NCBI RefSeq assembly: GCF_001194135.2
Contig: NC_069002.1
Coordinates: forward strand, 4,049,535-4,113,534
Reading direction: 5' to 3'
Length of the DNA stretch: 64,000 nt
Source: Octopus bimaculoides
Taxonomy: Eukaryota
The notes below the pieces were generated by a model, which saw nothing but the letters and a program-made list of their open reading frames with translations, did not search any database and had not been told where the DNA came from. Positions 14,960-28,452 of this stretch are shown piece by piece. Positions within the stretch are counted from its first letter, which is position 1. Each line of letters opens with the position of its first letter. Made by a program: the position numbers and the translations under genes.

Positions 14960-15780
14960 ATATAGCAGAGGTTGACTTTGCCTTTCATCCTGTTGGGATT
15001 GGTAAAATAAGAACCATTTAAGCCCCGTGCTTGAAGTGATTGACTTACTCTCCCTTAAAATTGCTGGCTTTGTGTCAAAATTTGAAATCATCATTATTAT
15101 CATCATTATTATTATTATTAGGTCAGTGGATAATGAGAATTGTTAGTGTTGGGAGAAAATGCCTAGCTGTATTTGTGTTGTCTTTTTTTTTTACATTCCA
15201 AGTTCAAATCCCACTCAGATGAATTTTGCCTTTCATCCTTTTTGGGGGTCTATAAAATAAAGTACCAGTCAAGTACTGTAGTTTATGGTATCGACTAACC
15301 CCCTCTGTGCCACAATTATAAAGAAATTTCATTATTATTATTAAGGCCAGTAAGGTGCCAAGCTGACAGTATTTTGTCCATCTCCATGCTCTGAGTTCAA
15401 ATTCTGCTGAGGTCAACTTTGCCTTTCATCCTTTCAGGGTCGATAAAATAAGTACCAGTTGAGCATTGGGGCCAATGTGACAGACTCCCCCCACCTGCCG
15501 GCCCCGGATTTGCTGGCCTTGTGCCAAAATTTGAAATCATCATTATTAAGGTCAGTGGATAGACAGAACTGGTTGAATGTTGGACAGAGCGCCTTGCCAA
15601 ATTTGTCCTGGCTCTTTACTTTCTCAGATCTGGTCCTACTGAGGTCAATTTTGCCTTTCATCTTTCCAAGGTTGAGAAAATAAAGTACCTGTCATGTGGT
15701 GGGGTTGGTTTAATCTACTTGGTCCTCCTCTGCCCAAATTCTTGGCCTTGTGCCTATGTCAGAAGTTTACCATTATTTTC
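14960..15780 (+). mobile_element. Second cluster of about 4 family-A SINE copies/fragments
   Basis: The same diagnostic segments (GACTTTGCCTTTCATCC, AAGTACCAGT, GGCCTTGTGCC) repeated in tandem. Confidence 0.85.
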
Positions 15781-17607
15781 ATTACCAAAGACAATGGAAT
15801 GAAGCAGTTTGTGTATTTATAGTATTATTAATTCCTGTTTTCTCTAAATTCTGGGTTTGTAGATTTGTGTTGGGATCATATTTTTGCCTTTTTTTTTTTT
15901 TTTCCATCTTTTCTTTGTAGGTTTCATTAAATTAAATCTTAAGCATGTATTGCAGGTAACTTGCCCGACTCTCACGTCTCCCCTGCCTAGAGAATAGGGA
16001 GGGTGTGTTAATTCCATCTGAAACTATATACCACCATTGCCACCACCACCATCTCTGCCTCCCCCTCTTCCTCCTCCTCCTCCTTACAAATATGTGGCCT
16101 CTTTGTGGCACTGTTGTCAGAAACCATTTTTATTGTCATTATTATTATTATCATCACCTTCATTGTCATTGCTCTTTCTTATCTATTTATTTTCATTGAT
16201 TTTTTTTTTTGTTGTTGTTTTGTTTTCCAATTTATCTTCATCTCTGATGTGAAAAGAAAAGAATTTGAAAGAAAAAAAATCAGAACAAAAAAACAAAAAA
16301 CAAAACAAGATGAATGCTTCATGGAAGGATTTCTATGAGTTACTAGAATATTTTATGAAACTTCTCACTAAGTTTGGAAAGACGAAACCATTTCTTGCTC
16401 AATGTATTAGTTTGAAAGTCTTTGAAAATCAGCTTCACACCCCTGCTACCATATCTCTTTATTCCAAGTTACAAGCAACAATTGATACCAGGAATATAAA
16501 AAAATGTCTAGGCCTACTGATTGGACTCAAATCCCTAATTACACGAAAGACTGCCTACTTGCTAAACACTCTTCTCAAATCAAATGCTATAAATCTATTT
16601 TTTTCTGCTATTTTTAAATTGGCATTTATTTTTTTAATGAATCTCCACACATCAGTCACTTAGTGCTAGCCAGGTAGGTTATGCTACAAACGTCCAACAT
16701 AACAAGGTATCCCACCTTGGTTGAACATTTGCAGCAAAAAATAACCGAAATAAACCTCATTAACTCAAATACTGATTCACTGCAAAGATTTGAAATAATC
16801 AATTTGAGACAAAAGAAGAGTAACAGTTCCCAACACCGGTTCTGGAGTTGTGTATTTATCACTTGCCAACTGTCAGCGTTAACAATTACTCTACAGATGT
16901 GCTTGCCATGCCATCTTTAAAATTAGATTCTATAATCAACTACAAAATTGTGTACAGAGCAGCTGCAAGATAGGCTAAATACACATCTGTCCTAATACAA
17001 GATGAAACTGAAGCTATGTAATTGTACAAGAAAATAGTACGTACATATGCGATTTCAGTGAAATCTCTAATTTCAATATTAATATGTATTCTATTCTATA
17101 AATTTGCTAGTACAGAATGTATTTATCTATGGGTCATCTATTTTTCGATTGTTTTTTTTTTTTAACTTCATTACATTGGATTCATTAACGTGTTCATTAA
17201 TTAACCCAGATGTTTTCATTTCATTCTATATTTTTTAATTTATGATATCATATCCATGGTCCCAAGTCATCCTGGAGAGGCAGTCCGGCTGTTGTGCATT
17301 TTATTTTATTTTTGTAAATTCACAGATTTGTATATTATTGGAGAAATAGTTTATTTTACACCTGAATAATCTGTCTAACCTGCTTTCGTTGGGAAGTAGA
17401 AGTAGGAATGGTGCAAAATTATGAAAAATATATATTTCACTAGACATTTTGTAATTCTTGATTATTTTGGGAATTTAATTGTAAAAAGGCAAGCATACTC
17501 TTGCTGGAAGTATAATTATGGAAGTGTTAGGTTATCCCTAAGATAAAATAAGGTAGATGATTATTAAATGATTTATTAGCTGAAATATATTCATATATAT
17601 ATATATT

Positions 17608-17647
<40 letters not shown>

Positions 17648-18417
17648 TTTATATGGTGTGAAATAATTTGTTTTTAACAGCAGAACTTGAAGTAATTAGT
17701 TTGTTATTTCACATTCCTATCAAAAGAAAGATCCATGTATATTATAATTTTATTAACCGCTACAACGACAGACAAACTATTCATCTCAGACATTCCATTA
17801 TAAATTTCTATTTTTGGTGGCAACTTCAACATTTCACTTCGTTAAGCTTTACAACATCAACCTACATGAGACTGCTTCTGTTAAAGTTTTCAGATCATTT
17901 ATTACATGATTCCATAACAAAGGAGATTCAGAGTTCAATGACTATGTAATATTTAATTTATATTATGAAGTTGAAAGTTTATTTCTCTAAAAGTGCATGG
18001 ATCAGTGGTTCACAATTGTAAAGTTGTGAGTTCAATTCCCAGTGTCGTGTTATGTCCTTGAGCGAGGCCCTTTATTTCACATTGCTTCACAGTTCACTCA
18101 GCTGGCAAAAATGAGTAGTACCTGTATTTCAAAGGGGCCAATCTTGTCACACTGTGTCATGCTGAATCTCCCTGAGAACTACGTTAAGGGTACACGTGTC
18201 TGTGGAGTGCTCAGCCACTTGCACGTTAATTTCACGAGCAGGCTGTTCTGTTGATTGGATCAACTGGAACCCCTGTTGTCATAACCAACAGAGAGCCAGT
18301 TATTTCTCTAAACCTCTTCATAATTCTTGATTATTTTGGAAACAGGGTTATGAAAGTGTTAGTTTAAACCCTATAGCTAAGGCAAGTGTTTATAGAACCT
18401 GGTTTATTGATTGATAA

Positions 18418-18449
<32 letters not shown>

Positions 18450-18454
18450 GTATG

Positions 18455-18499
<45 letters not shown>

Positions 18500-20448
18500 N
18501 NNNNNNNNNNNNNNNNNNNNNNNNNNNNNNNNNNNNNNNNNNNNNNNNNNNNNNNNNNNNNNNNNNNNNNNNNNNNNNNNNNNNNNNNNNNNNNNNNNNN
18601 NNNNNNNNNNNNNNNNNNNNNNNNNNNNNNNNNNNNNNNNNNNNNNNNNNNNNNNNNNNNNNNNNNNNNNNNNNNNNNNNNNNNNNNNNNNNNNNNNNNN
18701 NNNNNNNNNNNNNNNNNNNNNNNNNNNNNNNNNNNNNNNNNNNNNNNNNNNNNNNNNNNNNNNNNNNNNNNNNNNNNNNNNNNNNNNNNNNNNNNNNNNN
18801 NNNNNNNNNNNNNNNNNNNNNNNNNNNNNNNNNNNNNNNNNNNNNNNNNNNNNNNNNNNNNNNNNNNNNNNNNNNNNNNNNNNNNNNNNNNNNNNNNNNN
18901 NNNNNNNNNNNNNNNNNNNNNNNNNNNNNNNNNNNNNNNNNNNNNNNNNNNNNNNNNNNNNNNNNNNNNNNNNNNNNNNNNNNNNNNNNNNNNNNNNNNN
19001 NNNNNNNNNNNNNNNNNNNNNNNNNNNNNNNNNNNNNNNNNNNNNNNNNNNNNNNNNNNNNNNNNNNNNNNNNNNNNNNNNNNNNNNNNNNNNNNNNNNN
19101 NNNNNNNNNNNNNNNNNNNNNNNNNNNNNNNNNNNNNNNNNNNNNNNNNNNNNNNNNNNNNNNNNNNNNNNNNNNNNNNNNNNNNNNNNNNNNNNNNNNN
19201 NNNNNNNNNNNNNNNNNNNNNNNNNNNNNNNNNNNNNNNNNNNNNNNNNNNNTGCCCTTCTAAATAATCTGTAGTGAAACTACTACCGGTGTTTAACCGT
19301 TCTGAATCTGATCGGAACTCTGCTCTGCTCTGCTCCTATAAATAAAATCACTCCAAGTGTTTAAAAGTTTCAAATCTGTCATCGAAATGCTGGAGAAAAT
19401 AAGCTTAGTTTATTAGATTAGATGTGGGGATCAAATTGAGGAATAAATGGCCAGTGCTGTTGGCACTAAGATGATTTCCCCACCGCTATAATGCGGTGAT
19501 TGATGATTGGTGCTCTTATCCCCAATATACCCTTTTCTCACACCTGGAAGGAATAATTTATTCCAGGTAGACTGAGCAAGATTGAAAGAGATTAGTGCCT
19601 TGTTTCAATACACCACCACAGCGCTAATGTTGGGTTTAGAAACTCACAGACTCTCAGCTGAAATGCTGACTCATCTCACACCCTCAGTCATCGGGAAATT
19701 TCTAGCTGGTTGGGCTGTCCTTCTCTTCTGTTTTACCCAATTGGTGTCGAGTATTTTTGTTTCTGGTTTCTAAGTCCTATATTCTGTATTTGTGAGAGAA
19801 AAATCTGCAAATCTTTCAATTGGTAAAATTCTGCATTTTGCTATAGAGCAGCTGATGGCTTATTAATATACAAACTCTGCAGTTCAATCCTAAAATGTCA
19901 GCTAATTAACTATGGAAAGACTGTTTTGTCACGTTCATACAAATTCTACAGCTTTGGTATGGAAAGACTATCGATAACCTGCGGGGGTGGGGGGGGACTA
20001 TAAAAATAAAAATCTGTTGGTCATTGAGATATAAATTCTGCAATTCAGTTATGAAGAGTGTAGAAATAGACTGTGGAAAGTTTGATCCACAAGTATGAAA
20101 ATCCAGCAGTTCTTTCGCAGAAGTCATACCACCGCATATCTGTCTAAACATGTTTTGCGGATCTAAAATTTGAACTTATCAACTCCNNNNNNNNNNNNNN
20201 NNNNNNNNNNNNNNNNNNNNNNNNNNNNNNNCCCCCCCCCCCCAAAGCTATTATTTTTTTCAGTGCAGCAGCTACAACAATAATAACAACAACAGCAGCA
20301 ACTAAAACTAATAACAAGAGAATCATATCCTTGAGCAAGTATTCGTTTTGTCTTAAGACCGACTTTCACGAGAGGCTGAAAATTGTACAGTAACATGGTA
20401 AATCTTACAAGCAGCATTCGTCGTTCTGCGACTTGTTATATTTCACCA

Positions 20449-20488
<40 letters not shown>

Positions 20489-20639
20489 GTGCACATACAT
20501 ACACCACATACACACATATATGCACATACATACACTTGTGTGTATATGTGTGTCCACACGTTGTGTTAATGTAACTTCTGTTGCATTTCTGCTTGTGTCT
20601 GACTTTTAAACTAGCTGCATTCACTGTTTCTAACCTATT

Positions 20640-21410
20640 CATCTCTCCCTCTCTCACACTTTCTACTCCTCTCTCTTTCCCTCACATTCTACTTATCTCT
20701 TTCTATCCCTCTGTCACATTCTAGTCCTTTCTCTTTCCCTCTCTCACATTCTATTCCTCTCTGTTTATCTCTCTTCCTTTCTCTCCCCCTCTCATGTTCT
20801 ATTCTTCTCTCTCTCTCACATTCTATTCCTCTCTCTCTTTATCTCCCCCCCCCTTCTCTTCCTCATTCTTCACCGTTTTCTAATCTCCCTCCCTTTATCC
20901 ACTCCCTTCTCTCGGCCAATTACTCCCTCCTTCTCTTACCTTTAATCCAATCTGTTATTCTCCATTTAATCCATCTCACACCCTCNNNNNNNNNNAATCC
21001 CTCTTAAGCCACTCTAGTCTCCCCGTCTGCCTTACAAACACCCATTTCACTTCTTCCCCTCCCCACCCCCATTCAATCCTCACACTCAGACTTGTCACTT
21101 TGAGTTCTTATTCAAAGTGACCTGACCATGTTCTATGAACTTGTCACCCCCACCCCGAATCTCTTTGCCCGTCTGTCTGTTTCCTTACCTGTTTGTCTCC
21201 CCATTTTCTTTCTCTCTTACAACCTCTCTCTATTTCTCTCTTTCATTCTCCTTGCTTTATAACTTACTCTCTCTGTTCATCCCCGCCTTTTCCATTACCC
21301 ATACAATCTTCCTCTCTCCTTATAACTCCCTCTCCCCCTCTCTCTCTCTCTCTCCCCCATCACCTATACAATCTTCCTCTCATTTCACTCCCTCTCCATC
21401 TCTATCACTA
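20640..21410. repeat. Long CT-rich low-complexity tract
   Basis: Strongly pyrimidine-skewed plus strand with recurring CACATTCTA(T/G/C)TCCTCTCTCT units at 20650-20840. Confidence 0.85.
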
Positions 21411-22097
21411 GTTGCAGCTTTTCTCTCACTATATTGTATACTGAATAAAGTTGACTGTATTGAACAACTACATTCATTTATTACTTCATTTATTTTGCTA
21501 ATTAATTAATTATTCAATATTGTTGAATCACATGTTTGATCGTTTCATTGGTTTTGTTTAATTGTCTGGTTGTTGCTTTCTCTCCAATCAGTTGTTTTCT
21601 ATCACAGGAGTTATATGTCTACATACATGTGTGTACATTTATATATATGTATGTATGTGTATAATAATATATATATTTATTTATATGCAGGTCATTGTTG
21701 ACCTATGACCAATCAACTTTACGACGATTGGCATGCCAGCTCCCGGCAGTAATAATAAATAGTCCAATTGAAGTCTAATTGGTTTAATTTCTTAGAAATT
21801 AACCTGTCTATGAATGATGTCAGCTAACAAATGCTTTCCCGAGGCTCAGTTATCGATCGCCACTGTGTTGGATGACTATCCTGTTGTGGAGACATCGAAC
21901 CAACCTTGTATTTGTTTATAAGACAACTGCTTGAGACTCCCAAATTTTTGACTAACGCCAGTATCATAGTATGAAACAGAATGCTGTGAGTGATTTTTAC
22001 CTGAGAATGTAAAAATATAAAAAAAAGCTATGTAGGCCTATAGGCCAACTTATGACCAGTCAGTTGGAACTAATTGTGGTCTTAAGTTGATAACAAC

Positions 22098-22099
<2 letters not shown>

Positions 22100-22135
<36 letters not shown>

Positions 22136-22546
22136 CATGCCTGAGAAAACCCATCTATCCGAATGAAACCGTAGTTGTGGCCGATGCTGGNNNNNNNNNN
22201 TGGTGTCACATAACGAGCACCTGTGCTGATGGCACATAAAATGCACCCTTTGAACTTTGGTCTTCGTGGAGGTGATAAGTGATGGAGACCTTTGGCAATA
22301 TGTTGTGCTTGAGAAGACTTGCCATGCCAAGTGAAATCGTAGTTGTAGCCAATGTCTGTGTCACGTAACCGGCATGTAAAAAGTACCAATTACACTCTTG
22401 GAGTGGTTGGTGTTGCGAAAGGCATCCAGGTGTAGAAACCCTACCAAATCAGAGTGGAACCTGGTGCAGCTCTTCAGCTTACCAGTTTCAGTCAAACTGT
22501 CCAACCCATGCCGGCATGGAAAGCAGATGCAAAATGATGATGATGA
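22100..22546 (+). mobile_element. Retroposon 3' portion ending in a (GAT)n tail (family D here; RTE-type tail)
   Basis: Ends CAAACTGTCCAACCCATGCCGGCATGGAAAGCAGATGCAAAATGATGATGATG. The same terminus recurs at ~2123-2240, ~4645-4950, ~14730-14790, ~23590-23760, ~41990-42130, ~55380-55590 and ~58700-58850. Confidence 0.7.
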
Positions 22547-24159
22547 TGGTGTACAGGTATGGTGATGCAAACAGGAAAAATAGAACTTCTAAATATCAGC
22601 AAATACATATGAGTATTTGTGAGCATGGTAAGAAGTTAGCTTTCCAACCACATGGTTCCAGGTTCAGTCACACTTCATGGCACCTTGGACAAATATACAC
22701 ACACATACTTATATATATGATGGGCTTCTTTCAGTTTCCATCTACCAAATCCACTCACAAGGCTTTGGTCAGTCCAAAGCTATAGTAGAAAGACACTTGC
22801 CGAAAGTGCCACACAGTGGGACTGAACCCGGAACCATGTGGTTGGTAAGTAAGCTACTTACCACACAGCTACTTCTGCGTTTAACTATAAAACCCTTAAA
22901 GGCAGTGTCTCAGTGTGTTTGCAGTCCAATGACTGAAACAAGCAAGAGAGTAAAAGGAAAGCATTCCTTCCAGAGTCATGCCACAACTCCCTAAGGGCCG
23001 GTTTCCATGGTATATGTATTTCCCAATTAGTCTGGACGCCGGTCCATCACAGGGTTATTCATTTTTTTTTCCAGCTGAGTGGATTGGAGCAACTTGAAAT
23101 GAAGTGCTTTGCTCAAGAACACAATGCATCGCCTGGTCCAGGAATCGAAACCACAATCTTATGATCATGAGTCCAACACCCTAACCACTGAGCCATGTGC
23201 CTCCACTGCAAAATGGTAAATGGGATCAATGGATCAGATGGTTTGTCTTGCCAGCATTTCTGACCTCGTCAATGGTGGGCCCTTGTTACTCCAGCTCTGT
23301 CACAATATCGAAAACTGGGTCTCTTGAGGTTTGTTATCATTTTTATACATTTCAAAATTTTGGAAGCTTACCCTATCCAGCCACGGGTCCACTTCATTAT
23401 ATACAATTCCTGATTACTTGGGTGTACCCTCCTCCCATCACAGCTTCACCACCTTATCTCTCCCCTCTTCCTCCATCCTCTCTCTCTACCTGATGTAACC
23501 ACGTATCTCCTCTACAGCAACACATCTATTCCTGTCCCTCAATACTAACGCCCACACTCTGTTTAGGGGTCTTTGTCTTGCAAGTTAATTAGTGTCCTCA
23601 CCGCTGTTGGTGCCATATGAAAAAGCCACCCCACCCCCCTCAGTCCACACTGTAAAGTGCCAAAGCAGACAGAAGAACTTCTGGCTTGACAGCTCCTGTC
23701 AAAACACCCAACCTATGTCAGCTTGGAAAACAGAACGTTTGATGATAATGGTGATGGGATGTGTGTGAGAGCATCAAACCTGCACGCTCACACTTGCACA
23801 CGTCCCAGCAAGTTTAAATGCAATGATATAACTCAAGAAACTCGGCTGGATATCGCATGAGTCACGAGGACTTGTTGATAAGGTGAAAAAATGACAACAA
23901 AAGGATTTTAATTTGTGAAGTCATTTACGTGGCTGATTCATCAACGTTTTACCTTTTTATCTTTTTGTAAACCAATCACCTTAGTTTAGAAATCTCCGGA
24001 AAAGATAAGGAGATTTAATCAGGATTTCTAAAATTAGCAAAAGTTCAGATAATTAAATTTACTCCCATATTTTATTGTCAAAAGATCATAGAGAAAACTA
24101 AGTTAAATAAAGCATCAGTCAAATTGTGATTTGTGGTATTTATTTGGAACTGGTTCTGT

Positions 24160-25170
24160 TCTGAGTTCAAATACACCTGAGGTCAACTTTGCCTTTCGAC
24201 CCTTTTGTTCTTTGGGCAGCAGAAGAATAAGGGTACATCATCTCTGATAAGAAGACAATTCCCTCTGAAACACATCTGTATATGAGTATATGCAAATAAA
24301 TTTGTGTAAATTCTTATACACAAATATAGATTGATTTGTGTTCAAATCCCATTGAGGTCGACTTGGCTTTTCATCCCTTCAGGGTTTCATAAAGTACCAG
24401 TCATATACTGGAGTCAATGTTATTGACTTGTCCCTTCCCTTCAAAATTGCTAGCACTTTGGACAAACTGCTTAGTGGCACTTCTAGCTTTTTATGTTTTT
24501 GGTTCAAATCCCACTGAGGTTGACTTTGCTTTTCATCCCTTCAGGGTCAATAAAGTACCGGTCATATACCGGAGATCAATGTAATTAGCCTGCCCTTTCA
24601 GAATTTCTGGCCTTGGATCCTGCTATGGACTGGTGTCCCTTTCAGTGGGGAACATTGTGATCTCAGCCACTTACCTGTCATGAAGACTGAAGAATAATGG
24701 GGAAACAGGTGTAATAGCAGTTATAATGATAGTGTTGTTGTTGTCAGTGGTGGTGGTGGTGGAGGTTAATAACACCTATAAACTTAATTCTAAATAAATA
24801 GTATTTGTCGACCCTGAAAGGATGAAAGACAAAGTCGACCTCGGTGGAATTTGAACTCAGAACGTAAAGACAGACGAAATACCACTAAGCATTTCGCCCG
24901 TTGTGCTAATGTTTCTGCCAGCTCGCTGACTTCCTGTCTCCCCATTATCATTATTATTATTATTAAGGTGGTGAGCTGGCAGAATTGTTAACATGCCGGG
25001 TGAAGTTCTTAGCAGTATTTTGTCTGCCTCTACATTCTGAGTTCAAATTCTGCTGAGGTCGACTTTGCTTATCCTCTTAGGGTCGATATAAATTAAGTAC
25101 CAGTTGAGTACTGGTGATCAACTGTCCCATTCCCAACAAAATCCAGGACTTGTGCTTATAGTAGAAAGGA
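24160..25170. mobile_element. Cluster of family-A SINE fragments in both orientations
   Basis: Plus-strand fragments at ~24160-24615, a minus copy at ~24797-24930 and a plus copy at ~24966-25170. Confidence 0.85.
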
Positions 25171-25399
25171 TTATTGTCACTATCACTACCGCCATTTCCA
25201 CAATAACCAATCCCACCATGAACAGCATTTCTGTCAGCACCAACAGCATTTTCACCACCACACCACCACCACCGTGCCAATTAACAAGTTATCTGCATAT
25301 GGTGTACATATTGCTTAAGCAGTCAACTGCACAAAGTTGTTGCTGCAAGTTGGAAACAAAAGTAGTTATTTTGTATGTTGTTTTTATTTTCAACCACAA

Positions 25400-25425
25400 C
25401 AGCAGCAGCAGCAGCAGCAGCAGTA

Positions 25426-25456
<31 letters not shown>
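25400..25456 (+). repeat. Interrupted CAG tract (CAG)8-TAAAAG-(CAG)9
   Basis: Read directly from the sequence; ends 44 nt before a TAG|GTAAGT donor at 25501. Confidence 0.95.
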
Positions 25457-26642
25457 TGGTAAAAGCAGAAGCATTTGCATCAATGAGATAACGGACTTAG
25501 GTAAGTGTGTTTGGAACCAACGATTCTCATTTCATTGAGAGAAACCCCAATATCTCACATCTACAGCAAGGAATGGTAGATTTGTATAGCTGTTGTGATG
25601 TTCATGCCCTTCTCGTATAAAGTAAATATTCCTAGGGTCATTCACCCTAGAAAAGAGCCTCTACATCGCCATCACTCGAAACGCAGTTGGTTTCTCACCA
25701 TGACACACCTTCACAAGTTTAAGGGAGGCTTTTAGCTGCTGTTTCTAGCATGCCAACAATAGGATTGAGTACATAGCATCATGAGAAAGAGTGAAGGAGG
25801 GAGGGAGGGGGGAAATAGGATGATGTAAGGCCTTTATACTCTTTTCAAGGGCATTAATTATATAAGGAGTGTGTAATAGCCGTAATTTTGAAATTCAACA
25901 CAAACTGGGTCACACATATCAGTAAATAAGATCTTACTCTTACAATGATGATGATGATGATGATGATGACAGTGGTGGTGGCGGCGGTGGTGGTGGTGGT
26001 GGTTGTGCCCCCCCCCCCCGGTAGTGATGGATGTGGGTGAGTGTAGGTAGGAGGATAGTGAAGTAGGTAAGAAAAGATTTACGACTTAAATGTGTCCAGG
26101 TTGTTACTGCTGCTATGTAGAATTAGTTTTGCTGTGCTGACACGTTACAGCCAAACAGCCGGAGCATTGAAATGTATGTATGTATGTACACATTCACGTG
26201 TGTCGAACAATAAGTGTTGATATTTTCATTACATTATAATGTGTGCATATGTATCAGTGTGTGTGTGTGTTTCTGTTCTCTATTAAAGTTTTAGAATTTG
26301 CTTTATCTAGGAAGCCAACCAGTTGATGAAAAAGTTGTAAATGGAAGATGTATTTTCTCAGAAAAAACAGTTGTGGGCAGCCTTGTTCTCTTTATAATCA
26401 ATTTTACTGGTTTTTCTCTTTTAAATGTTAGGGGCTTGAAGGTTTTTATTGTTCCAAATAACACAATATAAGAATGACGTAGTTCTGTTCATCCTCTCAG
26501 AATACTAGTTCAGCTGCATTTTGACCCAGGACATTTTGCCCTCGCTCCGATAACAATGGATTTAACACCAAAACAGCATTTGGGATCTGGTCTTTTAAAT
26601 ATTTTCTTTCGCATGTATTTTTCTCACCATGTAATTGTGTGC

Positions 26643-26696
<54 letters not shown>

Positions 26697-26736
26697 GTAT
26701 ATACACTCATACATACATACATGCATTATATACATA

Positions 26737-26781
<45 letters not shown>

Positions 26782-27659
26782 CATTATATGTATATATATG
26801 TATATATACATTATATGTATATATATGTATATATATATACATTATATGTATATATATGTATATATACANNNNNNNNNNNNNNNNNNNNNNNNNNNNNNNN
26901 NNNNNNNNNNNNNNNNNNNNNNNNNNNNNNNNNNNNNNNNNNNNNNNNNNNNNNNNNNNNNNNNNNNNNNNNNNNNNNNNNNNNNNNNNNNNNNNNNNNN
27001 NNNNNNNNNNNNNNNNNNNNNNNNNNNNNNNNNNNNNNNNNNNNNNNNNNNNNNNNNNNNNNNNNNNNNNNNNNNNNNNNNNNNNNNNNNNNNNNNNNNN
27101 NNNNNNNNNNNNNNNNNNNNNNNNNNNNNNNNNNNNNNNNNNNNNNNNNNNNNNNNNNNNNNNNNNNNNNNNNNNNNNNNNNNNNNNNNNNNNNNNNNNN
27201 NNNNNNNNNNNNNNNNNNNNNNNNNNNNNNNNNNNNNNNNNNNNNNNNNNNNNNNNNNNNNNNNNNNNNNNNNNNNNNNNNNNNNNNNNNNNNNNNNNNN
27301 NNNNNNNNNNNNNNNNNNNNNNNNNNNNNNNNNNNNNNNNNNNNNNNNNNNNNNNNNNNNNNNNNNNNNNNNNNNNNNNNNNNNNNNNNNNNNNNNNNNN
27401 NNNNNNNNNNNNNNNNNNNNNNNNNNNNNNNNNNNNNNNNNNNNNNNNNNNNNNNNNNNNNNNNNNNNNNNNNNNNNNNNNNNNNNNNNNNNNNNNNNNN
27501 NNNNNNNNNNNNNNNNNNNNNNNNNNNNNNNNNNNNNNNNNNNNNNNNNNNNNNNNNNNNNNNNNNNNNNNNNNNNNNNNNNNNNNNNNNNNNNNNNNNN
27601 NNNNNNNNNNNNNNNNNNNNNNNNNNNNNNNNNNNNNNNNNNNNNNNNNNNNNNNNNAG

Positions 27660-27940
27660 ACTTTCGCACACGCACAGATATTCATCTCCCTTTTTCACTC
27701 TCCTATCTTAGAAAGAACTTTTCCCCCACCACCTCCTCTTCCGGTCTTTTCATAATGTAACCTCGTGGGCATCGGTACCATTTTCCTCTTTCTCCGTTCT
27801 TCCATTCTCCGAACTTTCCATCTTTCCGACGAAGGGCTATGCCCGAAACGTCATACACTCTCTCTTTCCTTTCCTGAGCGTCCAATAATACTATCCATAT
27901 CACGTCCTCACTTTGTTGTTTTTTTGTTATTGTTTTTTTG
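27660..27940 (+). mobile_element. Probable Penelope-like element terminal-repeat fragment
   Basis: Contains CCGACGAAGGGCTATGCCCGAAACGTC, the (C/T)GANGA-stem-GAAAC signature typical of Penelope-like termini, in a pyrimidine-rich context. No ORF seen; the 5' side is in a gap. Confidence 0.5.
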
Positions 27941-28027
27941 AACTATATATATATATATCTGTATGTATAATGCTTTGATTGTAAAGAATTAAATTCTGTG
28001 AACATCTGCTTGCAGACCACTAACAAC

Positions 28028-28388
28028 ATGATTCTTCCCATGACATACCCAGAATCTGTGATCAAGTCTTGGTTCACTGATGAAGAATCGGCACAGGTAG
28101 GTACCATGTTAAAAATGTTTACATCCACCCAATATCCATAATTCTTACTGTATACACACACACACACACACAGTCATCAAAAATTTAAAGCAAAGTTAGA
28201 AAATCTCAGTAGTTGTATATTTGTGAATGGAGTGAGTACATTAATCAAACATAACACCTGCTATCTCTGAAGATCACACGGTTTTAGATAAACACCCTCT
28301 TATCTAATATCCGGTTATCTAATACACAGTGCAAAACTGATTAGTAAGATCAGCTGAACTGGAGTCATACTACTGTATGCTTTGATTA

Positions 28389-28452
<64 letters not shown>

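Noticed and set aside
21686-22100. Possible Tc1/mariner MITE (CAGGT.. ends in TA context)
   Set aside because: The terminal match is too short and imperfect to support TIRs.
25104-25538. 144-aa ORF with poly-Ser as an N-terminal hexokinase extension
   Set aside because: Splicing from 25500 to 28016 hits a stop in that frame (GAC CAC TAA), so the segment is at most UTR.
26556-27760. Long ORFs of 200-400 aa in the track (also near 6479, 18386, 33315, 61854)
   Set aside because: Open only because they run through N-gaps.
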